Assembly: GCA_964527765.1 (NCBI GenBank)
Contig: CAZGQR010000001.1
Coordinates: forward strand, 246,353-310,352
Reading direction: 5' to 3'
Length of the DNA: 64,000 bases
Source of the DNA: an uncultured Planctomycetia bacterium
GTDB lineage: Bacteria; Omnitrophota; Gorgyraeia; Tantalellales; Tantalellaceae
The notes below the pieces were generated by a model. That model was not told the DNA's origin. It saw only the letters and a program-made list of their open reading frames with translations, and ran no database searches. Position 1 is the first letter of the stretch; each line of letters begins with the position of its first letter. Below are positions 38,699-50,189 of the stretch, piece after piece. Both the position numbers and the translations under genes were made by a program.

Positions 38699-39726
38699 AA
38701 CATCCCCTTCGCCGCGTTAAATACTTCTTCGACGGTGATCGCGCGCAGGCATCTGTGATCATACGGACAGGCCGCATCATAGCACGGATCGCATCCCGGG
38801 TCTTCGTGAAATACCACGTGTTTTTCTCCCCACGGGCGCCAGCGCGTGGGACCCGTGCCGGGCATATTCCTTCCGAATATTGCTATGACGGGGATATCCA
38901 GCGCGGCCGCCATGTGCATGGGGCCGGTATCATTACCGATAAACAGCTTGGACCTTTTAATAAGCGCGGCCAGTTCTTTCAGGTCCAATATCCCCGTGAA
39001 GTCCAGTACATCCGTGCCGGACTTCTTTAAAATACCGCCGGTCAGATCTCTCTCTTCCCTGCTTCCCAGGACAGCCACGTTACAACCGGCCTCTTTTCTC
39101 AACCTGCGGATAAGCTCCGCGTATCTTTCACGGGGCCATATCTTGGCGGGGTTGCTGCTGCCGGGGTGGATGACGACCAACGGCCTGTCCGGAATAACGC
39201 CTTTTTCGGCCAGAAGCTTCTCAACAACGTCTTTATCTTTTCTTTCAACGGAAAGGCGCGGAGCGGGCGCTCCGCTCTCTATGCCCGTCAGCCGTAACAG
39301 GTCCATCGTGTACTCGATCTCATGCTTCTCGCCTCTTTCCCTTTCGTCGTGTATTTTTCTATTAAGAAGAAAACCCCATTTCCTGTCATAGCCTATACGA
39401 TCAGGGATACCCGCCAGGAAACACGCAAGATGGAGCATCTTATGCGGATTAAGGACTATTGCGGCATCAAAGCGGCTCTTCCTCAGCAGAATAGCCAGAT
39501 CGACGGCCCTGAGAAACCAATTATTCTTCTTGAAGGTATCAACGGTGATTATCTTTTTTATGTTGTTCCTTCCCTCGACCAGGGGTTTGGAATATTCAGA
39601 TGTCACGAACGAAACACTGGCACCGGGGTGCCGTTCTGTTATGGCATCCGCCGCGACGGTCGAAAGCAGGACTTCCCCGATACGGTCGGTCCGAAAGATA
39701 ACGATGTTCTTGATACTGTTGATCAT
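38695..39726 (-). CDS. glycosyltransferase family 9 (ADP-heptose:LPS heptosyltransferase)
   Basis: GT9 N-terminus (RTDRIGEVLLSTVA); second paralog. Confidence 0.8.
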   Translation of the reverse strand: MINSIKNIVIFRTDRIGEVLLSTVAADAITERHPGASVSFVTSEYSKPLVEGRNNIKKIITVDTFKKNNWFLRAVDLAILLRKSRFDAAIVLNPHKMLHLACFLAGIPDRIGYDRKWGFLLNRKIHDERERGEKHEIEYTMDLLRLTGIESGAPAPRLSVERKDKDVVEKLLAEKGVIPDRPLVVIHPGSSNPAKIWPRERYAELIRRLRKEAGCNVAVLGSREERDLTGGILKKSGTDVLDFTGILDLKELAALIKRSKLFIGNDTGPMHMAAALDIPVIAIFGRNMPGTGPTRWRPWGEKHVVFHEDPGCDPCYDAACPYDHRCLRAITVEEVFNAAKGML

Positions 39727-39754
39727 GGGGATCCCTTGCGAGATAAATTCGCAT

Positions 39755-40441
39755 TTATGATTTAAACCGGCACCGCAGCAACGTTCTTATTGCGTCTATG
39801 CCGTCGCGCCAGCCGATCTTTTTTCCCTCACCGTATCCGCGACCGCGATACGATATCGGGACTTCCCTGATGACATGTCCCTTTTTCAGGAGTTTTGCCG
39901 TTACTTCCGGCTCGATCTCGAACCGCCTCGCCCGGATATCAAGGTTCCGCATGATATCCGTCCTGACCATCTTATAACACGTCTCCATATCCGTAAGGGA
40001 GCTGCCGAAAAGCATATTTGTCAGAACGGTAAGGCTCCAGTTGACGAAGAAATGCGGAAAGTTGGTGGACCGCCATGTCCTGAGAAACCTCGAGCCGTAG
40101 ACTGCGTCCGCCCCGGTCTCTTCAGCGACTTTGGCCAGCTTTACTATATCGCGCGGCAAATATTCCATATCCGCGTCCTGAGCTATCACGTAATCCCCGG
40201 TGGCATTGGAAAGAGCTGTCCTTATCGCCGCTCCCTTGCCCTTATTTTTTTCATGATAAAAAATCCTGACATCCTCTTCTTTATCGCCGAACCTGTCTTT
40301 CAGCAGTTCACGGGTCCCGTCCGTGGAACAGTCATCGACCAGTATCACTTCCTTATCAAGCTTGATCTCCCTGACCAGCCCGATAATATCCATGACCGTC
40401 CTGGATTCATTGTAAACCGGCATAAGTATGGACACTTTCAT
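39755..40441 (-). CDS. glycosyltransferase family 2, polyprenyl-phosphate sugar transferase type (ArnC/DPM1-like)
   Basis: The motifs are ILMPVYNE and LVDDCSTDGT. It is soluble and of DPM1/ArnC-like length. Confidence 0.7.
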   Translation of the reverse strand: MKVSILMPVYNESRTVMDIIGLVREIKLDKEVILVDDCSTDGTRELLKDRFGDKEEDVRIFYHEKNKGKGAAIRTALSNATGDYVIAQDADMEYLPRDIVKLAKVAEETGADAVYGSRFLRTWRSTNFPHFFVNWSLTVLTNMLFGSSLTDMETCYKMVRTDIMRNLDIRARRFEIEPEVTAKLLKKGHVIREVPISYRGRGYGEGKKIGWRDGIDAIRTLLRCRFKS

Positions 40442-40451
40442 AACCGTATTC

Positions 40452-41675
40452 TCAACCGTCCGCTCCCGCCTCTCTAGGCTCAAGTAACTTTACGACAAAA
40501 GAAAGCATCAGCCAGAAAAAGATCGACAATTTAAGGGAAAAAAGCTGCGTATCGAAAAAAGCATGCACTAAGAACGCAAGAAAGCCCGAAAATACTCCTA
40601 TGAAAATAACATCAAGTTTTTCTTTCAATCGTCTGTACCCTCTCAGGATGACCTCGCCCATGATCCACAGGAATGAAGCAAGCCCCAGGATACCTGTTTC
40701 CGCCAGGATCTGCAGATAGCAATTATGGGCATATTGACACCCGCTTGCGCTCCCGTATTTGGAAAAATTATCCATGAAAAGCCCCAGGCCGCAGCCCACC
40801 AGCGGGGAGTCTTTGAAAATAGCAGCTGCCGTTGTCCACATCCTGAAACGGGTCGCGTCTCCGCCCTTCTGCAGAATAAAGACAAGCCTTTCCCTTAAAG
40901 CCGGTACAGCAAGTACGACTATTAAAAAGATCGCCGCCATCGAAAAGATCATTACCTTGATCCTTTTATTCGCGACAAATACCGCCAGGAGCAGGCATAT
41001 GCTGAAAAAAGCCACCCAGGACCCCCGGGAATACGTAAAAAGCATGTTAGCGATTATCATCAAAGCCAGAAGGAAGAAAACGCCCCTGAGCTCCATTCTC
41101 TTTACAGAGCTGAATATTCCCATGTTTATAAAGAAAATCGCCACCAGAAAGGTGGCAAAGTCATTGTAATGATTGAATGTGGCCCTTACCGCCAGGTAGT
41201 TCCCGACGTTGTTCAGATCAAATCCTCTTAAAAAATCCGCGCCGGTGGCCTTCTGATAAAGACCGTCAATGCATACAATAAAGGTGGCCACTAATAAAAC
41301 GTACAGAAGGGCCTTTAACTGTTTTCTTGTCAGGAAGATCCTTGCAAAATAGAACAGCAGGACCCCTTCACCCCACTTGGTGATCCATGCCCTGAGGCTC
41401 TTCGCGAACAAGGGTCCGCTCGCCGTCAAGGACAAGCCGATAAGTATGTAAAAAATAAGAACGGCAAGATTGACCCTGTCGCTGAAAAATAGTCTGATCG
41501 CCCTGAAGGAAGGCGGTTGGAGCGCCGCTTTGGCCATCATCCCGAGCATGACAAGACCGAAAGAGATCTCTATCCCGCTGTTGGAAACCGGCAGAAAAAA
41601 GGCCAGAGAAAGAAAAAACAAAAAAAGGGATCTATCCAGAAAAAGCGTTATTTTATTTTTCGTAACAATATCCAT
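40452..41675 (-). CDS. O-antigen ligase/polymerase-family membrane protein (Wzy_C-like)
   Basis: It is polytopic with a large periplasmic-loop region. The start is uncertain because the ORF overlaps the WbaP stop. Confidence 0.5.
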   Translation of the reverse strand: MDIVTKNKITLFLDRSLFLFFLSLAFFLPVSNSGIEISFGLVMLGMMAKAALQPPSFRAIRLFFSDRVNLAVLIFYILIGLSLTASGPLFAKSLRAWITKWGEGVLLFYFARIFLTRKQLKALLYVLLVATFIVCIDGLYQKATGADFLRGFDLNNVGNYLAVRATFNHYNDFATFLVAIFFINMGIFSSVKRMELRGVFFLLALMIIANMLFTYSRGSWVAFFSICLLLAVFVANKRIKVMIFSMAAIFLIVVLAVPALRERLVFILQKGGDATRFRMWTTAAAIFKDSPLVGCGLGLFMDNFSKYGSASGCQYAHNCYLQILAETGILGLASFLWIMGEVILRGYRRLKEKLDVIFIGVFSGFLAFLVHAFFDTQLFSLKLSIFFWLMLSFVVKLLEPREAGADG

Positions 41676-41689
41676 AAAGTCGTCGAACC

Positions 41690-43102
41690 TCAGTAAGCCC
41701 CTTTCCCTTTCAAAACCGCCGGTACGGTCCACCACAGTATCATCAGATCCAGGCCGAAGGACCAGTTGTTTATGTACCAGTCATCCCATTTCACCCATTT
41801 CCTGAAACTGAGGGCGCTTCTGCCCCTTACCTGGGACAGGCCTGTCATGCCCGGTCTGATAGATATCCTGTGCATGTGACTGGAATCATACTGCCGGACC
41901 TCATCGGCCGTAGGCGGCCTGGGCCCCACCAGGCTCATTTCCCCCTTTAAAACATTAAGAAGCTGAGGAAGTTCGTCCAGGCTGTATTTTCTCAGAAAAG
42001 CTCCTACCCGCGTTATTCTCGGGTCCTTTTTGATCTTAAAGATTATGCCGTCTTTCACTTCGTTCTCTTCCATCAGCTCTTCTTTTAATTTATCCGCGCC
42101 CATTATCATGGACCGGAACTTGTACAGGCTGAAAATATTGCCCTTGTAGCCCACTCTTTTCTGGATATAAAACACCCGGCCGCGGGAATCCAGCTTGATC
42201 AGCACTGCGATCAACATGAACACCGGGAACAGGGCTGCCAGCAGAATAAAAGAAACAGCCACGTCAAACAATCTCTTGAGGAAAAACTCGGTCGGATGCT
42301 GCCTCCTGCTCTTATAGGTCAGAAGGGGGACGATCCCCAGATAATTCATCTCGGAGATCGCAAGGGGCTCCTCAAAACTCTGAGGGACCACCCTCACCCC
42401 CACCCGATGATCTTTGGCGTCCTTTATCAGCCGGTTGACGGTACCCGTCTCCGAGGGAATAGTGATTATGACCTCATCGACAAAATGTTTTTTTATTATA
42501 GTGGAAAAATCCCGAATAGCGCCCAGTACCCGCACGCCTTCAACGTCCCCGTTGATATTATCGTCCAGAAAGCCGACCACCCTGAACCCCCACCAGGGCA
42601 TCTTTCTGATCTCCTGAAGCGCCAGAACGCCCATCTTGCCCGCGCCTATTATCATAACATTTATATTATGAAACCCGTTTGAGATCATTTTTCTTAAGAT
42701 CAGTCTCTTTACGGTCCGCCACGCGCTCAATAAAACGCAAAACAGGATAACGCTCTCCAGAAAGATCTGCCTGGAAAAGAATTTATACTGCGAAAAGAAC
42801 ACGACCGCTCCTATTAGTACGCTGGTATATAACACGCAAACGCACACCCTGCCGATCTCTTTCGGGATGGCAAGGCTTCTGTCGGTATAATACAAATTTC
42901 TCATTTTCAGCGCCAGCAGCAGGAAGAACGCCCACAGAACGAAAACGAATGAATATTCCCTGAAATTGGGCAGATACACGCCGGTAAAGATATCTTCCGG
43001 AGAGTTATACCTGAAGAGATAGGACAAGTAGAAACCTGTCGTGATAAAAACCAGATCTACAAAAATATAGAAAGAATGAACTTTACGTAATGGTCTTATC
43101 AT
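41690..43102 (-). CDS. undecaprenyl-phosphate hexose-1-phosphate transferase (WbaP/bacterial sugar transferase)
   Basis: The N-terminus has several TM segments followed by a CoA-binding-like domain. The C-terminal sugar-transferase motif is LNVLKGEMSLVGPRP. Confidence 0.8.
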   Translation of the reverse strand: MIRPLRKVHSFYIFVDLVFITTGFYLSYLFRYNSPEDIFTGVYLPNFREYSFVFVLWAFFLLLALKMRNLYYTDRSLAIPKEIGRVCVCVLYTSVLIGAVVFFSQYKFFSRQIFLESVILFCVLLSAWRTVKRLILRKMISNGFHNINVMIIGAGKMGVLALQEIRKMPWWGFRVVGFLDDNINGDVEGVRVLGAIRDFSTIIKKHFVDEVIITIPSETGTVNRLIKDAKDHRVGVRVVPQSFEEPLAISEMNYLGIVPLLTYKSRRQHPTEFFLKRLFDVAVSFILLAALFPVFMLIAVLIKLDSRGRVFYIQKRVGYKGNIFSLYKFRSMIMGADKLKEELMEENEVKDGIIFKIKKDPRITRVGAFLRKYSLDELPQLLNVLKGEMSLVGPRPPTADEVRQYDSSHMHRISIRPGMTGLSQVRGRSALSFRKWVKWDDWYINNWSFGLDLMILWWTVPAVLKGKGAY

Positions 43103-43124
43103 CGAGTCGCCTTGAAATTTATCA

Positions 43125-44246
43125 TTAAGATTTAAAGAAATCCCTTGTTGTCCGGATTATATATTCTATCTCTTTCTCGCTGAGTTCAGGATAAACGGGC
43201 AAAGAAAGAACTCTTTCTGCCGCTTCCTCGGAAACCGGAAAACTGCCTATGGAACGCCCCAGATCCTTATAACACGGCTGCAAATGCAGCGGCACGGGAT
43301 AATAAACGCGCGCGGCTATGCCCCTCTCATTAAGATACCGAAGGAACTCATCTCGCTTATCCACAGCTATGGTGTACTGATGATAGGTATGTACATTGCC
43401 CCCGGCGACCTTCGGCGTAATGATACCGAGCGGCGAAAATGCCTCATCGTACCGGGCGGCAATAGCCCGTCTGCCTTCAAGCCATGCGTCAAGTTTCTTC
43501 AACTTGACGCGAAGAACGGCGGCCTGGAGGCTGTCGAGCCGCGAATTATACCCTATCTCTTCATGGATATACTGTTCGCGGCTGCCATGGACGCGAAGTC
43601 TTTTTATCCGCTCGATCACAGCCGTATCTGAAGAAGCGACCATGCCCCCGTCCCCGAATCCTCCCAGGTTCTTGCTGGGAAAAAAGCTGAAACATCCCGC
43701 ATTTCCGAAACTTCCCGCTCTTTTCCCCCCGCAGGTTGCGCCTATGGCCTGGGCGCAATCTTCTATGACCTTGAGCTCGTATCTATTTGCGATCTCCATA
43801 ATACGGTCCATGTCAGCGCATTGCCCGTAAAGATGCACGGGGATTATCGCCTTGATCGCATTTTTCGTCTCGGGAGGCGCATTCTGCAAAAGCTCCTCTA
43901 TCTTATCAGGATCGATATTATATGTCCCGGGGTCTATATCGACGAACAGCGGTCTTGCCCCGAGGACAGAGATGGATTCCGCGGTGGCAAAAAACGTGAA
44001 CGGGGTCGTAATGACCATGTCCCCCTCACCGACTCCCAGGACACGCAAGGCAAGAATGATCGCGTCCGTGCCCGAGGCGACGCCTGCCGCATACGATACG
44101 CCCGTATAATCGGCGATCTCTTTCTCCAGAGCGCTTACTTCCGGCGACAGGATAAAATACTGGCTGTCAACAACGCGCATCATCACCCTGCTTATCTCAT
44201 CTTTTATCGACTCGTATTGCGCCTTAAGATCCAATAACGGTATTTT
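43125..44246 (-). CDS. DegT/DnrJ/EryC1/StrS-family PLP aminotransferase (nucleotide-sugar 4-aminotransferase, ArnB/PglE-like)
   Basis: The family matches along its length and the PLP-lysine region is present. Confidence 0.85.
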   Translation of the reverse strand, partial: KIPLLDLKAQYESIKDEISRVMMRVVDSQYFILSPEVSALEKEIADYTGVSYAAGVASGTDAIILALRVLGVGEGDMVITTPFTFFATAESISVLGARPLFVDIDPGTYNIDPDKIEELLQNAPPETKNAIKAIIPVHLYGQCADMDRIMEIANRYELKVIEDCAQAIGATCGGKRAGSFGNAGCFSFFPSKNLGGFGDGGMVASSDTAVIERIKRLRVHGSREQYIHEEIGYNSRLDSLQAAVLRVKLKKLDAWLEGRRAIAARYDEAFSPLGIITPKVAGGNVHTYHQYTIAVDKRDEFLRYLNERGIAARVYYPVPLHLQPCYKDLGRSIGSFPVSEEAAERVLSLPVYPELSEKEIEYIIRTTRDFFKS

Positions 44247-44267
44247 CATGTTCGCTTTCCCCATTAA

Positions 44268-45203
44268 TCAGTCCCTGTAATTCTCCTTGAACCATCGGAT
44301 GGTCTTAAGCAGTCCCTCTTCCAGGCCGACCCGCGGCTCCCATCCAAGTTTCTCCCTGGCTTTCGTGATATCAGGCCTTCTCACCTTCGGGTCATTGACC
44401 GGGAGATCTTCAAAAACTATTTCCCTCTTGCACCCGGTAATCTCCCTGATCTTCTTCGCGAAATCGAGAACGCTCATTTCCTCGGGATTACCGAGATTCA
44501 CCGGCTCGTTGAGATCCGACCCCATGAGCTTCATAAGCCCCGCGACCATATCCGACACGTAGCAAAAACTCCTGGTCTGTGAACCGTCGCCGTACACCGT
44601 CAACGGCTTATCCTTAAGCGCCTGGTCTATGAAGTTCGGGACCACTCTTCCGTCATGATGGCGCATGCGCTCGCCGTAGGTATTGAATATGCGCGCTATT
44701 TTCGCGTCAATACCGTGGCTCCTGTGATACGCAAGAGCGATGGCCTCCGCAAAACGCTTGGCTTCATCGTAGACCCCGCGCGGACCGATAGGATTGACGT
44801 TCCCCCAGTACGTCTCAGGCTGAGGGTTGACAAGAGGGTCTCCGTATACTTCCGACGTGGATGCCAGCAGGAATTTGGCATTATGCTTCTTAGCCACTCC
44901 CAGTAAGTTGTGGGTTCCCAGCGAACCTACCTTCAGCGTCTTTATCGGATAGTTAAGATAGTCCACGGGGCTTGCCGGTGAGGCCAGATGAAGGACATAA
45001 TCGATCTCTCCGTCGACGTCTATGTATTTGGACACGTCGTGTTCGATAAATTCAAAATTCACTTTTTTCTCAAGATGAGAGATATTTTCCAGCCTGCCCG
45101 TTACAAGGTTATCCATGCATATGACCTCATGGCCCGCCTCAAGCAGCTTTTCCGATAAATGTGATCCGATAAACCCGGCTCCGCCGGTTATTAGCACCCG
45201 CAT
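44268..45203 (-). CDS. UDP-glucuronate decarboxylase (UXS / ArnA C-terminal-like SDR)
   Basis: It is very similar to UDP-xylose synthases throughout ([25 protein letters not shown]). Confidence 0.85.
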   Translation of the reverse strand: MRVLITGGAGFIGSHLSEKLLEAGHEVICMDNLVTGRLENISHLEKKVNFEFIEHDVSKYIDVDGEIDYVLHLASPASPVDYLNYPIKTLKVGSLGTHNLLGVAKKHNAKFLLASTSEVYGDPLVNPQPETYWGNVNPIGPRGVYDEAKRFAEAIALAYHRSHGIDAKIARIFNTYGERMRHHDGRVVPNFIDQALKDKPLTVYGDGSQTRSFCYVSDMVAGLMKLMGSDLNEPVNLGNPEEMSVLDFAKKIREITGCKREIVFEDLPVNDPKVRRPDITKAREKLGWEPRVGLEEGLLKTIRWFKENYRD

Positions 45204-45213
45204 ATCTTCCTCT

Positions 45214-46146
45214 CTATTTGTTAAGGAACCACTCCGCTGTCCTTTTGAGGCCTTCATGAAAATCGATCCGCGGCCCGACTTTGAGAACTTTTTTCAGCTG
45301 AGTTATATCCGCAAATGTCCTGTCCACGTCGCCGGGGCGTTTGGGCCCGTAAACGGGCCCGATATCCCTGCCGAGGATCTTTTTAAGCTCTCTCTCGACG
45401 TCAAGGACCGAATAATCGCGCCCGGAAGCGACGTTAAAGACCTTTCCCGAGACCCCCGGAACCTCGCACGCGGCAAGATTCGCGTCAACGACATTGGCGA
45501 CAAAAGTAAAATCGCGGGACTGTTTGCCGTCGCCGTCGATGGTGCACGGCTGATGTTTTGAAAGCATCGATATAAAAGCCGGCACGACCGCGGAATATCT
45601 TGATTCCGGGTTCTGCCTCGGCCCGAAAACGTTGAAATACCTCAGGCTCACGGTCTCAAGCCCCATGGTCCCAGCGAATATCCTGCAGTAATATTCCCCT
45701 GCGAGCTTGCTTACCCCGTACGGCGATATGGGATTGGGGGTAAGGGTCTCTTTTTGGGGATAGCTATCACAGTTGCCGTAAACAGAACTGCTTGAGGCAT
45801 AGACGAGCCTCCTGACGCCCGCTTCCTTTGCCAGCATCAAAAGGTTCAGTGTGCCGCTCACGTTGACGTCATTGGTCACGACAGGCTGTTCCACGCTTCG
45901 AGCCACGCTCCTGAGCGCAGCCTGGTGAAGGACAAGATCAACATCCTTCAGAGCTTCTCTCACGTCATCTGCGTCGCGCACATCCCCTTTCCGGAAATCT
46001 ATCCTGTCCATAAAAGGGGCAAGATTTTCTTCTTTTCCGGTGGAAAGGTCGTCCAGCACGCGGACGTCCTGACCCTGCCTGACCAGTTCTTCCACGATAT
46101 TCGAACCTATGAATCCCGCACCGCCCGTAACTAAATATTTTTTCAT
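45214..46146 (-). CDS. NAD-dependent nucleotide-sugar 4-epimerase (WbpP/TviC-like)
   Basis: Extended-SDR fold with GGAGFIGS and a YASSSSVYG catalytic region. Confidence 0.8.
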   Translation of the reverse strand: MKKYLVTGGAGFIGSNIVEELVRQGQDVRVLDDLSTGKEENLAPFMDRIDFRKGDVRDADDVREALKDVDLVLHQAALRSVARSVEQPVVTNDVNVSGTLNLLMLAKEAGVRRLVYASSSSVYGNCDSYPQKETLTPNPISPYGVSKLAGEYYCRIFAGTMGLETVSLRYFNVFGPRQNPESRYSAVVPAFISMLSKHQPCTIDGDGKQSRDFTFVANVVDANLAACEVPGVSGKVFNVASGRDYSVLDVERELKKILGRDIGPVYGPKRPGDVDRTFADITQLKKVLKVGPRIDFHEGLKRTAEWFLNK

Positions 46147-46177
46147 GGTCTTTCCTTTACCCGCCTGTTCGGCAGAT

Positions 46178-47491
46178 TCACAGCTTGGCTATATTGTCCC
46201 CCCTGATCCCGTGCCGTTCAAACGCGTTCCTGGCGTCAAACGCCAGGGCGGCATTAGCGGCGATCATCCTGTAATCCAGATCGCTGTGATCGGTGACTAT
46301 CAGGACTATATCCTGCTTTTTTAAAAGCGCCGGGGTCAGCCTGCGGGATCTCATCCTGATCCCGTTAACATTAAGATACGGTATGAGGGGGTCATGATAG
46401 GTCACGTTTATCTTTTTCCTTTTGAGGCCCTCTATGATCTCCAATGCCGGGGATTCCCTTAAGTCGTTGACATCCTTTTTATAGGTCACTCCTATAACAA
46501 GCACGCGCGCGGTGCCGAGTTTTTTCCTCACCGCTTTCAGGGATCCCGTTATCTGCCCGGTCACGTACATCGGGACCATGCGATTGGTCCGCGCGGCAAG
46601 ATCTATCATCTTCGTCTCAAATCCGACGGTCCGGGCTTTCCATGAAAGATACATGGGGTCCGCCGGGATGCAATGTCCGCCGATGCCGGGACCGGGATAA
46701 AACGGCATGAACCCGAACGGTTTTGTCCGGGCCGCTTCTATGACCTCCCATACGTCGATCTTCAGCTTGCGGCAAAGCATGGCGAATTCGTTTATAAGAG
46801 CTATATTCACTATGCGGAAGGTATTCTCCAGGAGTTTCGTCACCTCAGCCGTTTCGGCGCCGGACACCCCCACCACCCTGTCTATGATCTTTGAATATAG
46901 CAATTCGCCGAGCCGGGTGCTTTTCGGGGTAACGCCGCCGATGACCTTTGGTATGTTTGTCAGGCCGTATTTCGGGTTTCCCGGATCTATCCTTTCCGGC
47001 GAAAAGGCCAGATAGAAGTCTTTGTCCAGACTGTACCCGCTTTTCTCCAATTCGGGCAGGATGACTTCGCGCGTCGTGCCCGGATACGTGGTGCTTTCTA
47101 TCACGATCAGCTGCCCGGGGCGCATCTTTTTTCTCAAAGAGCGGCTGGCAAGAACAATGTAAGATATGTCGGGCTCCGCTATTTTCCTCAACGGAGTGGG
47201 AACGCACATGACGATCACATCCGAGGAGCGCAGCACGCCGCTATCGGCCGTAACGGAAAAACAGCCCTTGCTGTACGCCTCGCGCACTTCCTCGGAAGAA
47301 ATATCATTTATGTACGATTCTTTTCTTTTTAATTTTTTGATACGATGGGGGTTATTGTCCAGACCGTTAACGGTGTAACCCTTACGGCAGAATTCAAGGG
47401 CTATCGGCAAACCGACATACCCCAGCCCTATAACGGTGATAACCGCGTTCTTGTTTTTTATCTTCTTTTTGAGTTCAGAATAAACGTTCAT
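46178..47491 (-). CDS. UDP-N-acetyl-D-hexosamine 6-dehydrogenase (WbpO/TviB/WecC-like nucleotide-sugar dehydrogenase)
   Basis: UDPG/MGDP dehydrogenase family with an N-terminal GLGYVGLP motif. Confidence 0.8.
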   Translation of the reverse strand: MNVYSELKKKIKNKNAVITVIGLGYVGLPIALEFCRKGYTVNGLDNNPHRIKKLKRKESYINDISSEEVREAYSKGCFSVTADSGVLRSSDVIVMCVPTPLRKIAEPDISYIVLASRSLRKKMRPGQLIVIESTTYPGTTREVILPELEKSGYSLDKDFYLAFSPERIDPGNPKYGLTNIPKVIGGVTPKSTRLGELLYSKIIDRVVGVSGAETAEVTKLLENTFRIVNIALINEFAMLCRKLKIDVWEVIEAARTKPFGFMPFYPGPGIGGHCIPADPMYLSWKARTVGFETKMIDLAARTNRMVPMYVTGQITGSLKAVRKKLGTARVLVIGVTYKKDVNDLRESPALEIIEGLKRKKINVTYHDPLIPYLNVNGIRMRSRRLTPALLKKQDIVLIVTDHSDLDYRMIAANAALAFDARNAFERHGIRGDNIAKL

Positions 47492-47521
47492 CTTATGCTC
47501 TGGTCAAATCGATATTCCATG

Positions 47522-48418
47522 CTAAAAATAATGTTCCCTGACGTAATCCGCCAGCGCCTCTTCCCAGGAACGCATCCTGTATCCCGTAGCTTCCTGGAAT
47601 TTGCCGCTGTCAAGGGCCGAAAAGGCGGGCCTTGGAGCAAACCCTGTCAGCTCCGACGACAGAATCGGCTCCACGATGACCTTCCCCCTCATTCCTGCTT
47701 CGCTCAGTATCTTCAGGGCAAAATCATACCGGGAACACCATCCTGAATTGGACACGTGAAAGATATATTGCCTGAAGTCGCCAAAAGATCCGATAAGTTT
47801 CTTCAGCGCGCCGGCAAAATCTCTCGTGCACGTGGGAGACCCGATCTGGTCCCTGACGATCCGCAGGCGTCCCTCGGCCTTCCCTTTTGCTATTACGGTA
47901 TCCACAAAATTGTCACCTCCGGGGCCGTAAAGCCAGCTCGCCCTTACGATCGCATAACGCGTAATAACATTTTTTAGGGCTTTTTCAGCTTCCCATTTCG
48001 CCCTGCCGTAAACACTGAGAGGCCGTCCGGTGTCATTTTCCACATAGGGCTCGCCTTTTTCCCCGTCAAACACGAAATCCGTGCTTATGAATACGACGGG
48101 GGTGCCTTCTCCGCTTAAAGCCTCGGCAACATTACGGGTGCCGGCGGTATTGACCTCATAAGCCTTTTCCGGGTCCCTCTCGCACCCATCGACATCTGTC
48201 CATGCCGCCGCGTGAATGACCAGATCCGGTCTTTCCTTGTCAAAGATCTCACTGATCCGTTCGCGATCGGTCACGCTTGCTCTATAAAACCTCCGAGGCC
48301 CGTGATCCGAAGCCGCGGGACCGGCAACATCCATCCCTGCTATATCGTTTCCCGTCCCCAAAACCTTGCATAGCTCCGTTCCCAACATCCCGCTTGAACC
48401 GGTGATCAGTATCTTCAT
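47522..48418 (-). CDS. rfbD: dTDP-4-dehydrorhamnose reductase
   Basis: RmlD-family protein (MKILITGSSGMLG). Confidence 0.85.
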   Translation of the reverse strand: MKILITGSSGMLGTELCKVLGTGNDIAGMDVAGPAASDHGPRRFYRASVTDRERISEIFDKERPDLVIHAAAWTDVDGCERDPEKAYEVNTAGTRNVAEALSGEGTPVVFISTDFVFDGEKGEPYVENDTGRPLSVYGRAKWEAEKALKNVITRYAIVRASWLYGPGGDNFVDTVIAKGKAEGRLRIVRDQIGSPTCTRDFAGALKKLIGSFGDFRQYIFHVSNSGWCSRYDFALKILSEAGMRGKVIVEPILSSELTGFAPRPAFSALDSGKFQEATGYRMRSWEEALADYVREHYF

Positions 48419-48439
48419 TTTGCGCCGTAGGGTCTCACC

Positions 48440-49418
48440 TTACCATTCTATAATTTCCGCTTTATCTTTAAGGGGCTTCCACCAGGCCTCGTTCGCCTTA
48501 TACCACTTGAGGGTCCTTTCAAGGTTCCCGGTAAAATCACCCTCCGGCGTCCAGCCGAGCATTTTGATCCTGGATGAATCCAGCGCGTACCGCCTGTCGT
48601 GACCCGGCCTGTCATTGACATACTCGATAGATTCCCTGCCCTTTCCCATCATGGACAGGATCTTTTCGGTCAGCTCAAGGTTGCTCAGAAGGTTTCCTCC
48701 TCCTATGTTGTAGATCTGCCCCGGCTTGCCCTGACGCAGCGCCAGGTCAATACCCCTGCAGTTATCCTCCACGAAGAGCCAGTCCCTGACATTACCGCCG
48801 TTCCCGTAAAGGGGGACCTTTTGCCCCCGCAGAAGATTGGTCATGAACAGCGGTATGATCTTTTCGGGATACTGAAAAGGGCCGAAATTATTGGAGCTTC
48901 TCACGACGACCACCGGCAATCCATAAGTAGTATGGTAAGATAGCGCCAGAAGATCCCCCGCCGCCTTGGTGGCGGAATACGGGCTGTTCGTGTTCAGGGG
49001 GTCATCCTCTTTTGACAGCCCCTTCGGAACGCTCCCGTACACCTCATCGGTCCCTACCTGAACAAAGCGGGCGATATTCGCCTTCCTGGCCGCTTCCAGG
49101 AGCGTTTTTACACCGAAAACGTTTGTCATCAAAAAATCATCCGGGTATTTAATGGACCTGTCTACATGTGTCTCCGCGGCAAAATTCACGAGTATATCAA
49201 CCTCGTTCACCAGGTCCCCGATCAGTTTCTTGTCGCAGATATCGCCCTTGACGAACGAATAACGCGCGTCCCCTGCGATATCACGGAGATTTTCGGGATT
49301 GCCGCAATACGTCAGCTTATCAAGGTTGATAACGCGCGTATCTTTATATTCCCGAAGCACGAAACGGATGAAATTCGAGCCTATGAACCCGCAACCGCCG
49401 GTCACCAGCAATCTCATG
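48440..49418 (-). CDS. rfbB: dTDP-glucose 4,6-dehydratase
   Basis: RmlB-family protein. The start at MRLLVTGG overlaps the rfbA stop (ATGA). Confidence 0.88.
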
Positions 49419-50151
49419 CCCCCGTCCCTTCTTTTTGGTCCCGCTGTGCCACGAGCTGATTGGCCCTCAGGAGAGAATCGAATGTCCCGGCATCCGTCCA
49501 CCATCCGTCAAGCTTTGAACATGTCAGCTGACCTTTTCCAAGATACATGTTATTCACGTCGGTTATTTCGAGTTCTCCCCGCCCGGACGGTTTTAGTTCC
49601 CTGACAAGATCAAAAACCCGGCCATCGTACATGTAGATCCCGGTAACGATATAACTGGTCTTGGGCTTCTTTGGTTTTTCCACGATACGGGTTATCCTGT
49701 CGCCGTCGAACTCGACCACCCCGAACCGCTCCGGGTTGGGAACATCCTTTATCAGGATCCTGGCGCCTTCGGCCTGGGCGGCAAATTCTTCCACTTCATG
49801 CCTGATACTTTTTTCGATGATATTATCACCGAGTATCACCACGCTCTTGTCCCCGTCGACGAAATGTTCCGCCAATCCCAGCGCTTCAGCTATTCCGCCT
49901 TCTTTCTCCTGATACGCGTAATTGATCCCCTTTAAACCGAAGTCATGCCCGTTCCCGAGCAGCCGCAGGAAGTTCCCGGCGTGAGGGCCTCCCGTGACCA
50001 CCATGATATCCTTTATGCCCGCCTCGACCAGGGTCTCAATAGGATAATAGACCATCGGCTTATTGTAGACGGGTAAAAGATGCTTGTTCGTGATCTTGGT
50101 AAGCGGGGACAGCCGCGAACCCAGCCCACCCGCCAATACTATGCCTTTCAT
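49414..50151 (-). CDS. rfbA: glucose-1-phosphate thymidylyltransferase
   Basis: GIVLAGGLGSRLSPLT motif. The start at MKGIV has AAGGAG 7 nt upstream. Confidence 0.88.
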   Translation of the reverse strand: MKGIVLAGGLGSRLSPLTKITNKHLLPVYNKPMVYYPIETLVEAGIKDIMVVTGGPHAGNFLRLLGNGHDFGLKGINYAYQEKEGGIAEALGLAEHFVDGDKSVVILGDNIIEKSIRHEVEEFAAQAEGARILIKDVPNPERFGVVEFDGDRITRIVEKPKKPKTSYIVTGIYMYDGRVFDLVRELKPSGRGELEITDVNNMYLGKGQLTCSKLDGWWTDAGTFDSLLRANQLVAQRDQKEGTGA

Positions 50152-50189
50152 CGCCTGCTCCTTGTTTTCTGTCTGCTGCAAGACCGGCA

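Noticed and set aside
41675-41735. An apparent 46-nt overlap between the ligase-like gene and WbaP.
   Set aside because: It is most simply explained by an upstream ORF-track start. A downstream ATG (MDIV...) reduces the overlap to about 15 nt. It is not evidence of a frameshift or pseudogene.
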